In this document: piece after piece, positions 10,001-18,679 of the stretch
How positions within the stretch are numbered: the stretch's first letter is position 1
Layout: each line of letters begins with the position of its first letter
Assembly (NCBI GenBank): GCA_965203515.1
Contig: OZ241907.1
Span: 2,432,001-2,496,000, forward strand
DNA length: 64,000 bases
From: Spirochaetia bacterium
GTDB lineage: Bacteria > Spirochaetota > Spirochaetia > SZUA-6 > Bin103
Reading direction: 5' to 3'
Notes under the pieces: generated by a model
What the model saw: only the letters and a program-made list of their open reading frames with translations
Databases searched by the model: none
What the model was told of the DNA's origin: nothing
Position numbers and translations under genes: made by a program

Positions 10001-11907
10001 GGCTTGCCGCAGAAGGAGCCGCCGGCCGGGAGCACTACATCGTCTGGTTCTACCAGGACTCGGGACGGCACGGCTACGACCTGGAGACATTGATACGAAC
10101 GCCGGGAATGGAGGTCGCGGCCGCCGTGGACGACGGCGTCATCCTGCGGAGCGGGGCGCCGGACGGGACGCCGGAAGCGGACGGCTTCATGCGCCCCCTG
10201 CTGCAGGATGCCGGCATCGGCGTTCAATCCGGGTTCACGGTCTACCTGGACGCCGCCGCCAACCGGCTGATCTACTTCAAGAGCGGGTGTGGGGACGCTG
10301 ACGCCGCGGCGCGGTTCTTCCTCCACGTCCACCCGGTCAACCACAACGATCTCCCCTTACACTCGTGGGCGTTTCACAACCTGGACTTCGACTTCGACCG
10401 CCACGGGTTCCACTACCGCGGTCGCTGCGTGGCGATCCGCGATCTTCCCGACTACCGCATCGCCTACCTTGCGACCGGCCAGTTTACGCCGCGCGACGGG
10501 CAACTCTGGAACGTAACGCTGACCGAACCGCGGGCGCGCCGCGACTTCGCCGTCCACTGGCGCGGAAACACGCTGGTCTACCTCAAGGAGCCGTGCGCCG
10601 CCGAAGATGTCCGGGCGCAGTTCTTCCTGCGCCTCCGCCCGGCCGCGGCCGAGGGCTTCGACCATCTGGAGTTCGACTTCCGCGACTACGGCGTGGCGGC
10701 CGACGGAAGGTGCCGGGCCGTGGTTCCGCTTCCCGCCTATGAAATCGCCGGCATCCGCACCGGCCAGCAGGCCGCCGCCGGCGGCGAGCCGCTGTGGGCC
10801 GCGGAGTTCACCGCCAGCCGGCCGCCTCCCGCGCCTCCCGAACTCACCATCGCGAAGTGGTTCGACGACCATGCCGCGGCGATCTCCATCACCTATGACG
10901 GCGTGTCCGGGGCGCCCAACCGGATCGACAAGCTGGTACTGGATGAGGGGCTGGTGCTGGACTACGAGATAGTCACCCAGCGTTACCTCGACCAGGTGCC
11001 CGATTGGGTCGAGCACGACTTGACCGAGCTGGTCCCGGACGTCGTTCCCGGCGACCTGTACCGACCGATGACCGACGCCGCGATCGAGCACAGCCTGTCG
11101 CTCACCGCCCACGGGTTCGGCTTCTTCGGACACGGGCACTGGCACGTCGATCACGACGCCCTCACCTACGCTCAGGCCTACGATTCGTTCCGGCTCTGCT
11201 TCGAGGTGATGGAGGATCTGGGGCTGGAGCCGGTGGCCTACGCCTATCCGCGCGGGGCCGGCGGCGAAGCGGAAACCCAACAGGCGCTGGCCGACGCCGG
11301 CTTTCTGGCCGGCCGGCTCTCGTTTCCGGCGATGGGTCAGACCCCGTACATCGTCCCCGACGCCGCCACCACCCCCGAAAACTGGTTCTTCCTGCCCGGC
11401 CTGACCATGGAAAGCATCCGCTTCCGGGAGTGCGAGTGGTGCATCAACGACACTTCAGAGCTGGTTCCGGTCCTGGATCAGGCGCTCGCCAGGACGGCAT
11501 GGATCATACCCGTGTACCACAACATCGGCAGCGCGGGTTGGGGATTCTACGAATGGGAAGACTTCGAGGGGGACGTGCGCGCCATCGCCGCCCGCGACTT
11601 CTGGGTCGCCCCGATGAACGACGTCGTGCTCTACCTGCGGGAACGGGAGCGCGCCGAGGCCGCCCTGCAGGTGATCGAACGGGACGGAGTGACGCGCCGG
11701 ATAGCGTTCGTGCTGGCCGACGGCCTGGACAATGACCGGTTCGACCAGCCGCTGACGTTGCGCTTCAGGCGGCCGGCGGACTGGTTCGGAGCGCCGCTCG
11801 AGGTCACCCAGAACGGCCGCTTGGTCGCCCGCATCGCCGCGTTCGTGGAGACGGCCGCGATCTCGCTGCCGCCGAACGAGGAACCGTATCTCGTGCAGCC
11901 CTCCTAG
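7075..11907 (+). CDS. 1610-aa multidomain membrane protein: N-terminal polytopic domain, ArnT/PMT-like GT-C domain, two copies of an uncharacterised two-Cys module, C-terminal CE4/NodB-like deacetylase domain
   Basis: GTGA overlap with GT2. DSALYVSAARNLLDGNG...PLFP...WPEIPF...LTHYAG (GT-C-like); two FFL...F.(N/H)L(D/E)FDF...LP.Y.IA...TGQ modules; AISITYDG, HGHWH, AYAYPRG and PVYH (CE4-like). Confidence 0.8.
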   Translation: MTGPGAEGGAPRRRSPLASIAVYAAAALLGTALFIFLHYLGNRIHYRAAAQRFAAEIETDRPNESFAAGFNTPFEYCKLSTMVLAGSFLPSEIGSNGFRDALLLKGLAPQDVYYDYCDELADAVNGVRLYEEFSSTHYWWGSKALYAIMLRAFSVQDIRLLIRYAAYAGWIALAAALLLLAPRTLIILAPLILFGGLFSGIRWFSGVPNGMPYAWTVWAAVALVVVMRARLPAGITPETRLRLTRLVCFAAGMVAAYLSLGDAITIPLFTLIGMLVYFGYGHQGEPARRARLAGGCIGLCVAGFAASYALGQAAKMALEACLVPDWFAWRAACEGAPQDGLTWRLLTSRWLLVLDLTVEESITSLPAGTAGVLEPYWQVGLGSVPAGRILTGAAALACAAAAGAAALQARGGRPAPLRAMGWIAALMALAAVQLLVPDDLIYRRGRYLFVPYSLTLCAALAAVLETGLARRAANAANAARRALARSRAANAARRALARSGAVRRAARLDGLPMLLAALGGVGALLVLLREAAYGPGLTADSALYVSAARNLLDGNGLVTFLGAPYRAAAPLFPLTLAGAGLFGADAVTAAGYVNAAAFGLTVYAVATWVRSRVRSRLLAVWAACACVLSTSLVDVAVYAWPEIPFILFAVAALATLDRFLRTGRRSSLLLATAAAAAACLTHYAGVALIGSGALLLLLPRTAAVRSRLAHAAVWSGGAAAAVGAWLVSSVVVNGASLATAGSGGFLPLPSLHTATSELVRWLIGGAGLGLLDRLALGIAGAGAAGYPRAAVLGLRIAVLLVPAAGAGYLLARARSQLLPAPHAAAIALVFAAAYALYLLLALPAAGAALELRHLAPLFPPLLVTAAVVLDRLIAALRPERRGLVGRRLAAALLFSTWFAPQVGATTEHVNQWLANGGGYASRRWSESAVMRYLNAAGGTPAAPLLGTDGAALYLLAPAAAGAPRQLPRDLSPTRTRLAAEGAAGREHYIVWFYQDSGRHGYDLETLIRTPGMEVAAAVDDGVILRSGAPDGTPEADGFMRPLLQDAGIGVQSGFTVYLDAAANRLIYFKSGCGDADAAARFFLHVHPVNHNDLPLHSWAFHNLDFDFDRHGFHYRGRCVAIRDLPDYRIAYLATGQFTPRDGQLWNVTLTEPRARRDFAVHWRGNTLVYLKEPCAAEDVRAQFFLRLRPAAAEGFDHLEFDFRDYGVAADGRCRAVVPLPAYEIAGIRTGQQAAAGGEPLWAAEFTASRPPPAPPELTIAKWFDDHAAAISITYDGVSGAPNRIDKLVLDEGLVLDYEIVTQRYLDQVPDWVEHDLTELVPDVVPGDLYRPMTDAAIEHSLSLTAHGFGFFGHGHWHVDHDALTYAQAYDSFRLCFEVMEDLGLEPVAYAYPRGAGGEAETQQALADAGFLAGRLSFPAMGQTPYIVPDAATTPENWFFLPGLTMESIRFRECEWCINDTSELVPVLDQALARTAWIIPVYHNIGSAGWGFYEWEDFEGDVRAIAARDFWVAPMNDVVLYLRERERAEAALQVIERDGVTRRIAFVLADGLDNDRFDQPLTLRFRRPADWFGAPLEVTQNGRLVARIAAFVETAAISLPPNEEPYLVQPS
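8496..8571 (+). repeat. 39-bp in-frame tandem duplication (AANAARRALARS x2)
   Basis: cgccgcgaacgccgcccggcgcgctctggcgcgcagc at 8496 and 8535. Confidence 0.9.
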
Positions 11908-12800
11908 CCCTGGCCGACCGCGCCGGGCTCGCCGCGGCCGGCCCCGTTCATCGACCGTTCATGCAACGCCGTCATCGTGGTCCAGCGATAGCCTTGACGG
12001 CGCAGGCGTTCGCCCAGCGCCGCCAAGTCGCCGAATCCCCGCTGGCGCCGCCGAACCAGCGCGTGGGCGCCCTTCAACCACAGCGGCAGCGGCGACTTGC
12101 CGAGGCGGCCGTCCGGCACCAGGTCGACCATGTGCATGTCGTATACCACCAGATCGGGCAAGGCCGCGGCGCGCTCCAGCAGCGATTCGCCGAACGGTCC
12201 CAGGAGCTGCCGGTAGGAGCAGATGAACGGGATCGTGCCCCGGCCCCGCCACCGCCAGCTCGCCACCGGATACTCAGCCAGCGAGTCGTCGAACAGAAAC
12301 CAGTCGCCGCGCCGAAACACGGCGTCCGGCCGGCAGCCGAAGCCGATGCCCGGCAGGATGGAGGAATCCCAGGCGAAGCCGGCCGCCATCAGCGCGTCGA
12401 ACAAATCTTCCGTCAAGCCGTAGGTGTGCGCGCGGTAGCCGCGCGGCGCGGCGCCGACGAAGCTCCCGAACGCGTCGATGCCCGCCTCGAGGCTCTCCGC
12501 GGTGTCGCCCGGCTGGCGGTGGTCATGGCAGTGGAGGTGCAGGTCGGCCCCGGCCTCGATCAGGCAGGTGCAAAGATCAGGGCGTTCGACGAACAGGCGC
12601 CCTTCGACGAAGGCCGTCAACGGCATCCCCATGCCCGCTACCGCGGCCAGCAGATCGGGCAACCGGTTCAACGCCTCGCTGCCGCCGCCGTTGTAGTCGT
12701 GCTCCACGTCGATGGTCAGCGCGGCGACCTTGTGGGGCACGCGCCGCGCGTCGATCCGGTGCGCCGCGGCGTCGAAGGCCCGTCCGCTGCGCCACCTCAT
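11904..12800 (-). CDS. Polysaccharide deacetylase family protein (CE4)
   Basis: Start at MRWRSG (ATG 12800, overlapping the upstream stop). LTIDVEHD, LTAFVEG, HCHDH, GYRA and WDSS motifs. Confidence 0.85.
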   Translation of the reverse strand: MRWRSGRAFDAAAHRIDARRVPHKVAALTIDVEHDYNGGGSEALNRLPDLLAAVAGMGMPLTAFVEGRLFVERPDLCTCLIEAGADLHLHCHDHRQPGDTAESLEAGIDAFGSFVGAAPRGYRAHTYGLTEDLFDALMAAGFAWDSSILPGIGFGCRPDAVFRRGDWFLFDDSLAEYPVASWRWRGRGTIPFICSYRQLLGPFGESLLERAAALPDLVVYDMHMVDLVPDGRLGKSPLPLWLKGAHALVRRRQRGFGDLAALGERLRRQGYRWTTMTALHERSMNGAGRGEPGAVGQG

Positions 12801-13873
12801 GATTGCCGCGCCAACCGGCGGTATACGCGCAGGCCCGCAACCAGGCTGAGGAGCCAGAACAGGCCGGTGCCGACCCAGCCGACGAAGCGAATGGTCAGCG
12901 CCGCCGCGGCGGCGGTATCGGCAGGTGAGCCCAACCAGGCGAGGATGCCGGTGAAGCCCGCCTCCAACAGCCCGAACCCGCCGATCGATTGTACCGGCAG
13001 GGCGGTGATCAGATTGCCGCCGGCGGCCGCGAACAGCACCTCGGACCAGGCCGCGTCCAGGCCGACGGCGCGGCAGAGTAGCCAGTAGCCGCCGAAGATT
13101 GCCATCCACGACAACGCCGTAGGCACCAGGCAGAGCTGCACGATGCGCCGGCGGCGGACGCTTTCCAGCCACCGCCGGCCGCGCCACAGGTGGCGCAGCA
13201 AGTGCGCGCGCCAGCCACGCGGGCGGCCGGCCGCAATTACCAGGCGGCCGGTCAGGCGCAGCCAGACCGGCAGGGTCACGGCTCCCATGAGCGCCAGCGC
13301 GCCGGCCGCCACCGCCAGCGCGACGGCCAGCGGCGCTTCGATCCGGCCCGGGATGAAGATGGCCGGCATGGCCAGCAGCAGGAGGGCGGCAATGACCGCC
13401 AGGTCCAGCAGCCGCTGCACCAGGCCGCAGACGACTGCCGTGGCCGCGTTCCAGCCGTAGGCCTTGCGCATGCTGACCAGCCACGCCACTTCGCCCAGGC
13501 GCATCGGCAGCGCGATCAGCCAGATTGCGTGCCAGGCGCTGACCCGCAGGGCCGTGCTGAACACGTGGTCCTCGGCGATCAGATGCATGCGCAGGGCACT
13601 GAACAGGTGCCCCGCCAGCAGCAGCGCCAACGCCGCCCCCACCGGCGGCCAGGAAAGCTGCTCCGCCACCGCCGCCAGCGAAGCCGGGTCGAGCCGGGTG
13701 GCGACCACTCCAAACAACGCCAGACTGACCGCCCCGGCGACAGCCCAGGTCCAGGGTTTGGCCCATTGCATCGGTCGCTTCGGTGTGTCCATCGCCCGGT
13801 CGAAATCCTCTCCCTCGAAATCATCGTTGTCATGCCGGAGCTTGGAGCGAACCGAAGCTGACAGACGATGCAT
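12797..13873 (-). CDS. Lysylphosphatidylglycerol synthase TM / flippase-like (UPF0104) membrane protein
   Basis: LPMRLGEV, QRLLD and LPVQSIGGFGLLEAG motifs; polytopic. Start may instead be ATG 13792. Confidence 0.85.
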   Translation of the reverse strand: MHRLSASVRSKLRHDNDDFEGEDFDRAMDTPKRPMQWAKPWTWAVAGAVSLALFGVVATRLDPASLAAVAEQLSWPPVGAALALLLAGHLFSALRMHLIAEDHVFSTALRVSAWHAIWLIALPMRLGEVAWLVSMRKAYGWNAATAVVCGLVQRLLDLAVIAALLLLAMPAIFIPGRIEAPLAVALAVAAGALALMGAVTLPVWLRLTGRLVIAAGRPRGWRAHLLRHLWRGRRWLESVRRRRIVQLCLVPTALSWMAIFGGYWLLCRAVGLDAAWSEVLFAAAGGNLITALPVQSIGGFGLLEAGFTGILAWLGSPADTAAAAALTIRFVGWVGTGLFWLLSLVAGLRVYRRLARQS

Positions 13874-13929
13874 GCCATCCTACACGAGAGTCACCGGGTG
13901 GCGATCCTGCGCCGATCCGATCCCGATTG

Positions 13930-13959
13930 TTGACGCTTGCGACCATTAGCCGCTACGAT
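13930..13959 (+). promoter_or_regulatory. Candidate sigma70-type promoter TTGACG-N18-TACGAT
   Basis: Near-consensus hexamers in the divergent intergenic region. Implies the GNAT gene starts downstream of the ORF-track start. Confidence 0.45.
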
Positions 13960-13996
13960 CCCGAATCTTGCTCTACTACTACCGCAAGCCGGCGAC

Positions 13997-14971
13997 GTGG
14001 AGAACGGAGCCGCCCACCCCGTCGTGAGGAAGCACGTCGATGTTCCGGGTGTTTCCGCGCATGATGGCAGGCGCCTGACCCTGAGGCACAGCGCCGACTT
14101 CGTCGACGCGTGGCGGTCGGTAGCCTGCGGCGTCTATCGCTGGCGGCGGGCCGGTCGATTCGCCGTGGTTCCCGCACTCATGGGAAAGCCGGTGTTCGCC
14201 TATCTGCCGGGTCTGAGCTATTCCGACCTGGACCCGGTCGAGGCGCAGGAGCTGGCGCGCGAGATGGCGGGGCGTCGGTTCAACATTCGGGCGCTGGCGC
14301 CGCCGCGCAGGGAAGGGGAACTGCCGCCGGGATCGCCCGCGGTTCTCAGGGTCGACCTGGCCGCCTTTGGCCATGATCGAGAGGCGGTGTGGCAACGGGG
14401 CCTCAATCGCACGGCGCGCAAGTACGTGCAGCGCGCCCGCAGGGCCGGTCTGGCAGCGGCGGAAGAGACCGGCGCGGCCGCGGTGCAGGCATTTTGCGCC
14501 ATGCTGCGCCTGGCTCATGGCCGGCATGGCGCGCCGCTGCCGCCCGCGGCGTTGTTCGAGGCTTTGATGACGGAGCTGGACGCGCGGATCACGGTGGTTC
14601 GGAACCGAATGGACGGCGCTCTGCGGGCCAGCTTTCTGTGGCTGCGTGATGGCCCGATCATCTGGATTCCATGGGGAGGAGCATATCTCTCTGCCGACCA
14701 CCCCACCTACCTCATGTATTGGACCATGGTGGAGCATGCCGTGAACGAGGGCGCGGATATCCTCGACTTCGGGCGCTCTCCGGCCGGCAGCGGGCCCTAC
14801 TGGTTCAAGCGCAAATACGGCGCCAGTCCGGTACCGGTCATGTGGCTGACCGACAAGCCGGTCGACCCCTACCGCCGCTACCGGGCAGCGCAGCGGCTCT
14901 GGCGGGCATTGCCGAACTTCGTGACCGACCGCGCTGGCCCGCGGCTGTGTCGCTATCTGGCGGATTATTGA
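13997..14971 (+). CDS. FemAB-like / GNAT (Acetyltransf_6) family protein
   Basis: LNRTARKYVQRARRAGL, YLMYWTMVEHA and DFGRSPAGSGPYWFKRKYGA motifs. Start uncertain (GTG 13997 chosen; ORF is open from 13937). Confidence 0.8.
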   Translation: MENGAAHPVVRKHVDVPGVSAHDGRRLTLRHSADFVDAWRSVACGVYRWRRAGRFAVVPALMGKPVFAYLPGLSYSDLDPVEAQELAREMAGRRFNIRALAPPRREGELPPGSPAVLRVDLAAFGHDREAVWQRGLNRTARKYVQRARRAGLAAAEETGAAAVQAFCAMLRLAHGRHGAPLPPAALFEALMTELDARITVVRNRMDGALRASFLWLRDGPIIWIPWGGAYLSADHPTYLMYWTMVEHAVNEGADILDFGRSPAGSGPYWFKRKYGASPVPVMWLTDKPVDPYRRYRAAQRLWRALPNFVTDRAGPRLCRYLADY

Positions 14972-14987
14972 GTAAGTTAAGTCCAAG

Positions 14988-15689
14988 ATGGACGAGACGG
15001 AACAGACCGATCATGGCCAGGCCCATTACGACGCGCTGCGGCAGCGGTTTGGCGAAAACAGCGCCAGGGCATCGGGCTATCTCTCCGAACGCTGGTTTCA
15101 GCGCGAACGAGCGTTCGTGTTGCACGCCGTCGGCGGCGGCGCCGGCACGGTGCTGGACCTCGGCTGCGGCTCCGGCCTGGTGACGTTGCCGTTGATCCAG
15201 GCCGGGCGCCGGGTCATCGGCGTGGACCTGAACCGGGCGGCGTGCCGGCAGGCCGGCCGCAACGGGCTGCAGGCGATCTGTGGCGACGCGTCCGATCTGC
15301 CGTTGGCGGACGCTACCGCGGAGGCGGCGGTGATGGTCGAGATGGCCCAACAGTGCAGCGCCGACGTGGTCGAACGCGTTCTGCGGGAAGCGGCGCGAGT
15401 GCTGCGCGCCGACGGGCGGCTGGTAATCGTATGGGCCAATCGCGCCGCGTGGGTCCATCGCGCCGCGGCCTTCGGGTTGCGCGTCCTCGCCCCGGCCCGC
15501 CACATCGCCCTTTTCCATCATGCGCCGTCGCGGATGCGCGCGGCGGCGGACCGCGCAGGACTTGCGCTGGTCGAGTGGTTCTCGATCTTTCCGCCGTGGG
15601 GGATGCGGTTGCGGGGCGTTGACGGGCCGCTGGTGGCGCTCATCGGCTCGAGCTTCGTCGCCGTCTTCCGCAAGCGCTCCGAGCGCTGA
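14988..15689 (+). CDS. Class I SAM-dependent methyltransferase
   Basis: VLDLGCGSG, VIGVDL, GDASDLP and EAARVLR..G motifs. Confidence 0.9.
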   Translation: MDETEQTDHGQAHYDALRQRFGENSARASGYLSERWFQRERAFVLHAVGGGAGTVLDLGCGSGLVTLPLIQAGRRVIGVDLNRAACRQAGRNGLQAICGDASDLPLADATAEAAVMVEMAQQCSADVVERVLREAARVLRADGRLVIVWANRAAWVHRAAAFGLRVLAPARHIALFHHAPSRMRAAADRAGLALVEWFSIFPPWGMRLRGVDGPLVALIGSSFVAVFRKRSER

Positions 15690-15698
15690 CCGCCGCAC

Positions 15699-17686
15699 GT
15701 GGGCGGAGCCGCGCGCGCGCCGCAACACGCCGGGTCAGCGGCCGCCCCGACCCGGTGGGCGCCGCTCGCGCTCGGCGCGCTCGGCGCGCTGCTCATCCTG
15801 CTGCGGGAAGCCAACTTCGGCGTGGGGCTGACCTGGGACTCCGGTTCATACCTGTCGGTGGCCCGCAATCTGTTGGCCGGAAACGGGTTCCTGGAATGGA
15901 ACGGGACCCGGTATCAGGGCGGCGCTCCGCTCTTCCCGCTGCTGCTGGCCGCGGTCGGTCTCTTCGGTGTCGACGCCGCCGCGGCGGCCGGCTCCGTCAA
16001 CGCCGCCGCGTTCGGGTTGACGGTCTTCGCCGTCACCGCCTGGCTGCAACGCCACGTCCGCGCGCCGCTGCTCGCCGTGTGGGCGGGTTGCGCGTGCGTG
16101 CTGTCTCCGGCGTTGGCCCCCGCGGCGGCTCACGCGTGGACCGAAATCGTCTTCATCCTGTTCGTCGTGGTCTCGCTCTCGCTGCTGGAACGGTTTCTGA
16201 ACACCGGGCAACGGTCGGCGCTCCTGCTGGCGGCGGTCGCTACGGCCGCCGCCAGCCTGACCCGCTACCTGGGGGTGACTCTGATCGGCGCCGGAGCGCT
16301 GATCATCCTCTTGCGGAATGACGCTGCAGTTCGTACCCGGATCCGGGACGCAACGATCTGGTCGGCCGCTTCGACGGCGCTGTTCGGCGTCTGGCTGGTA
16401 CGAAACATATTCGTCATAGGATCGGTTTTCGGAAACAACTATCCCGACGGGTTTTCCGCTCTCGTCAGCCTCCACAACCTGACCGGAGAGCTCGCCTTGT
16501 GGTTGTTGGGGCAAACCGGATCTTACTTGCTGAACGCCGCGCTCGGGGGCGCTGTCGGCGTGGGCGCCGCCACCGTACCTGCGGTCGCCGCGAATGCGGC
16601 AATAGTGATCCTGCCGGCGATCGGCATCGGGTACGCCCTTGCGCGGAGCCGGCCCGGCTTCCTGCCGGCGCACCGCACCGTACTGACCGTTGCTCTCGTC
16701 TTCACCGCGGCGTACGCGCTCTTTCTGGCGATATTCCTGCCGCTCGGCGACACGACTCTTCCCGGCAGGTACCTGTTGCCGATATTTCCGCCGCTGCTGG
16801 TAGCGGCGACGCTGGTACTGGACCGGATCATGGCGCACGCACGCGCCCGGAGCGTTCCCGTCGTGGTATCGGTCGTCATGTCGCTGTGGCTGATTTGGCA
16901 GGCCGGCGCGAATTACTACGACATCAGGCAGTGGCTGGAGGATGGCGCCGGCTACACGACGAAGGAGTGGACCGAGTCCGACGTCATCCGTTACCTGAAC
17001 GCCAATCGGCTTACGGGCGCCTGGTGGTCGAGCGACCCGCAGGCGCTCTATTTTCATACCGATATCCGCGCCGGTACGATAGCGATGTCGCTGGCGACCG
17101 TGAAGGATCAGTTGGCCAACAGAGACCCGGCCGAATCGACCTACGTGGTCTTGTTCGACCTGTCGTTTCTCTTTCGGAATTACGACTACGACTACGACGA
17201 CCTGGCGGCGTTGCCGGACGTGGAACCGGTTGCGGACCTGGAAGATGGCGCCATATTCCGGATCGTCGCGCCGAGCCGGCCAAATTTGACGGCTCCTTCG
17301 GGAGCCCGATTGGCCGACGCGGCGTATCGACGAGTGGCCGAGTCGATCCGGGCCGGCTCCTACGGCGCGCCGGCGGCGCGCTCGAACTTCGACCTCTATC
17401 TCGCGGAAGGCGCGTTGACCTATTTCCGGCAGCCGTGCACGGCGGAAGAGGTGGATGCGCGGTTCTTCCTGCACGTCGTCCCGGCGGATCTCGCCGATCC
17501 CGTCGGCCTGCGCCGCTTGCAGTGGCCCTTCGAAAACCTCGATTTTCGTTTTCGGAACGCGGGAATCTACCGGACGGAACGTGCGTCGCGGTCGCGCCGC
17601 TGCCCGACTACCAGATCGCCCGCATCCGCACCGGCCAGTACGTGCCGGGAGAAGGCCACCTCTGGGACGTGACGTTTTCGCCATGA
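15699..17686 (+). CDS. GT-C (ArnT/PMT-like) membrane protein with C-terminal two-Cys module; frameshifted near 17572
   Basis: Paralogue of the GT-C domain of 7075..11907 (DSGSYLSVARNLLAGNG, WTE, LTRYLG). The conserved tail DGTCVAVAPLPDYQIARIRTGQ...LWDVTFSP continues in another frame to TGA 17686; as sequenced the ORF ends at 17672. Confidence 0.8.
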
Positions 17687-17818
17687 ACTTCCGCCCTGCC
17701 GGCCGCTGAGCGGCCGGCGCCGGCGGAGACCCCATGGAGCGCAGCCGGAACGCCGGGGTACTGGCGGAGCGGTGCGGGAGTTGACGCCGATCCGCCTGAG
17801 CGGTTCAATAGAGGAACA

Positions 17819-18679
17819 ATGCGCCCGATACGAGTCGCCTGCGGCCAGTTCCAGGCCGGCAGCCTGTCCGACAACGTGGCGATCATGCGCGATCAGGCCG
17901 GTGAGGCTCGATCGCGCGGCGCCCGCATCGTCGTCTTTCCGGAGCTGGCGCTCACCGGCTATCTGCCGGCTCCCGAAGTGCTCGACCACTGCCAGCCCCT
18001 GGACGGTGACGGGGTGGGGGCGATGCGCGACGCCGCCCGCGAGCACGACATCGCCATCGTCTTCGGCCTGCCGGAAATCACCGGCAGCGCCCGGTACAAC
18101 AGCATGCTGGCGGTCGAAGCGACCGGCGCCATCGCCGGCGTCTATCGCAAGATCCACCTCTGGAAGACCGAGGGTTGGGCGCAGCCCGGCGCCGCGGTCG
18201 AGCCCTACGAGCTGGCCGGCGTCACCTGCGCCTCGTGGATCTGCTACGACACGCGGTTCCCGGAAGTCGGCCGCGCCGCCGCGCTGGCCGGCGCCGACCT
18301 CTGCGTGATCTCCACCGCCTGGCTGGGGCCGGGCGACGAGTGGGAGCTGGCGGTGCGGTCGCGCGCCCTCGACAACACGGTGTTCGTCGCCGGGGCGGAC
18401 ATCATCAACCCCGACCCGGCGCTCCGCACCTGTGGCCGCAGCCTCATCGTCAGCCCGAAGGGCCGCGTGCTGGCGCGCGCCGCCGAGGACACGCCAGGCG
18501 TCATCGTCGCCGACCTCGATCCGGAGGAGCAGCAGGCGCAGAAGACGCGCGTGCCGCTGCTCGGCGACCGGCGCCTGGAGACACTGCTGGATCCGGCGCA
18601 GGCAGGCCGCGACGCCGATATCCCGCAGTCGGTGGCCGGCTCATCCCGCGGGCCGGCGATCTGGCGTCCCGGTGCCTGA
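17819..18679 (+). CDS. Carbon-nitrogen hydrolase (nitrilase superfamily)
   Basis: FPELALTGY, YRKIHL and ICYDTRFPE give the E-K-C triad. Confidence 0.92.
   Translation: MRPIRVACGQFQAGSLSDNVAIMRDQAGEARSRGARIVVFPELALTGYLPAPEVLDHCQPLDGDGVGAMRDAAREHDIAIVFGLPEITGSARYNSMLAVEATGAIAGVYRKIHLWKTEGWAQPGAAVEPYELAGVTCASWICYDTRFPEVGRAAALAGADLCVISTAWLGPGDEWELAVRSRALDNTVFVAGADIINPDPALRTCGRSLIVSPKGRVLARAAEDTPGVIVADLDPEEQQAQKTRVPLLGDRRLETLLDPAQAGRDADIPQSVAGSSRGPAIWRPGA

Noticed and set aside
17560..17580. Programmed ribosomal frameshift or phase-variable tract in the GT-C gene
   Set aside because: No slippery heptamer or long homopolymer at the shift point.
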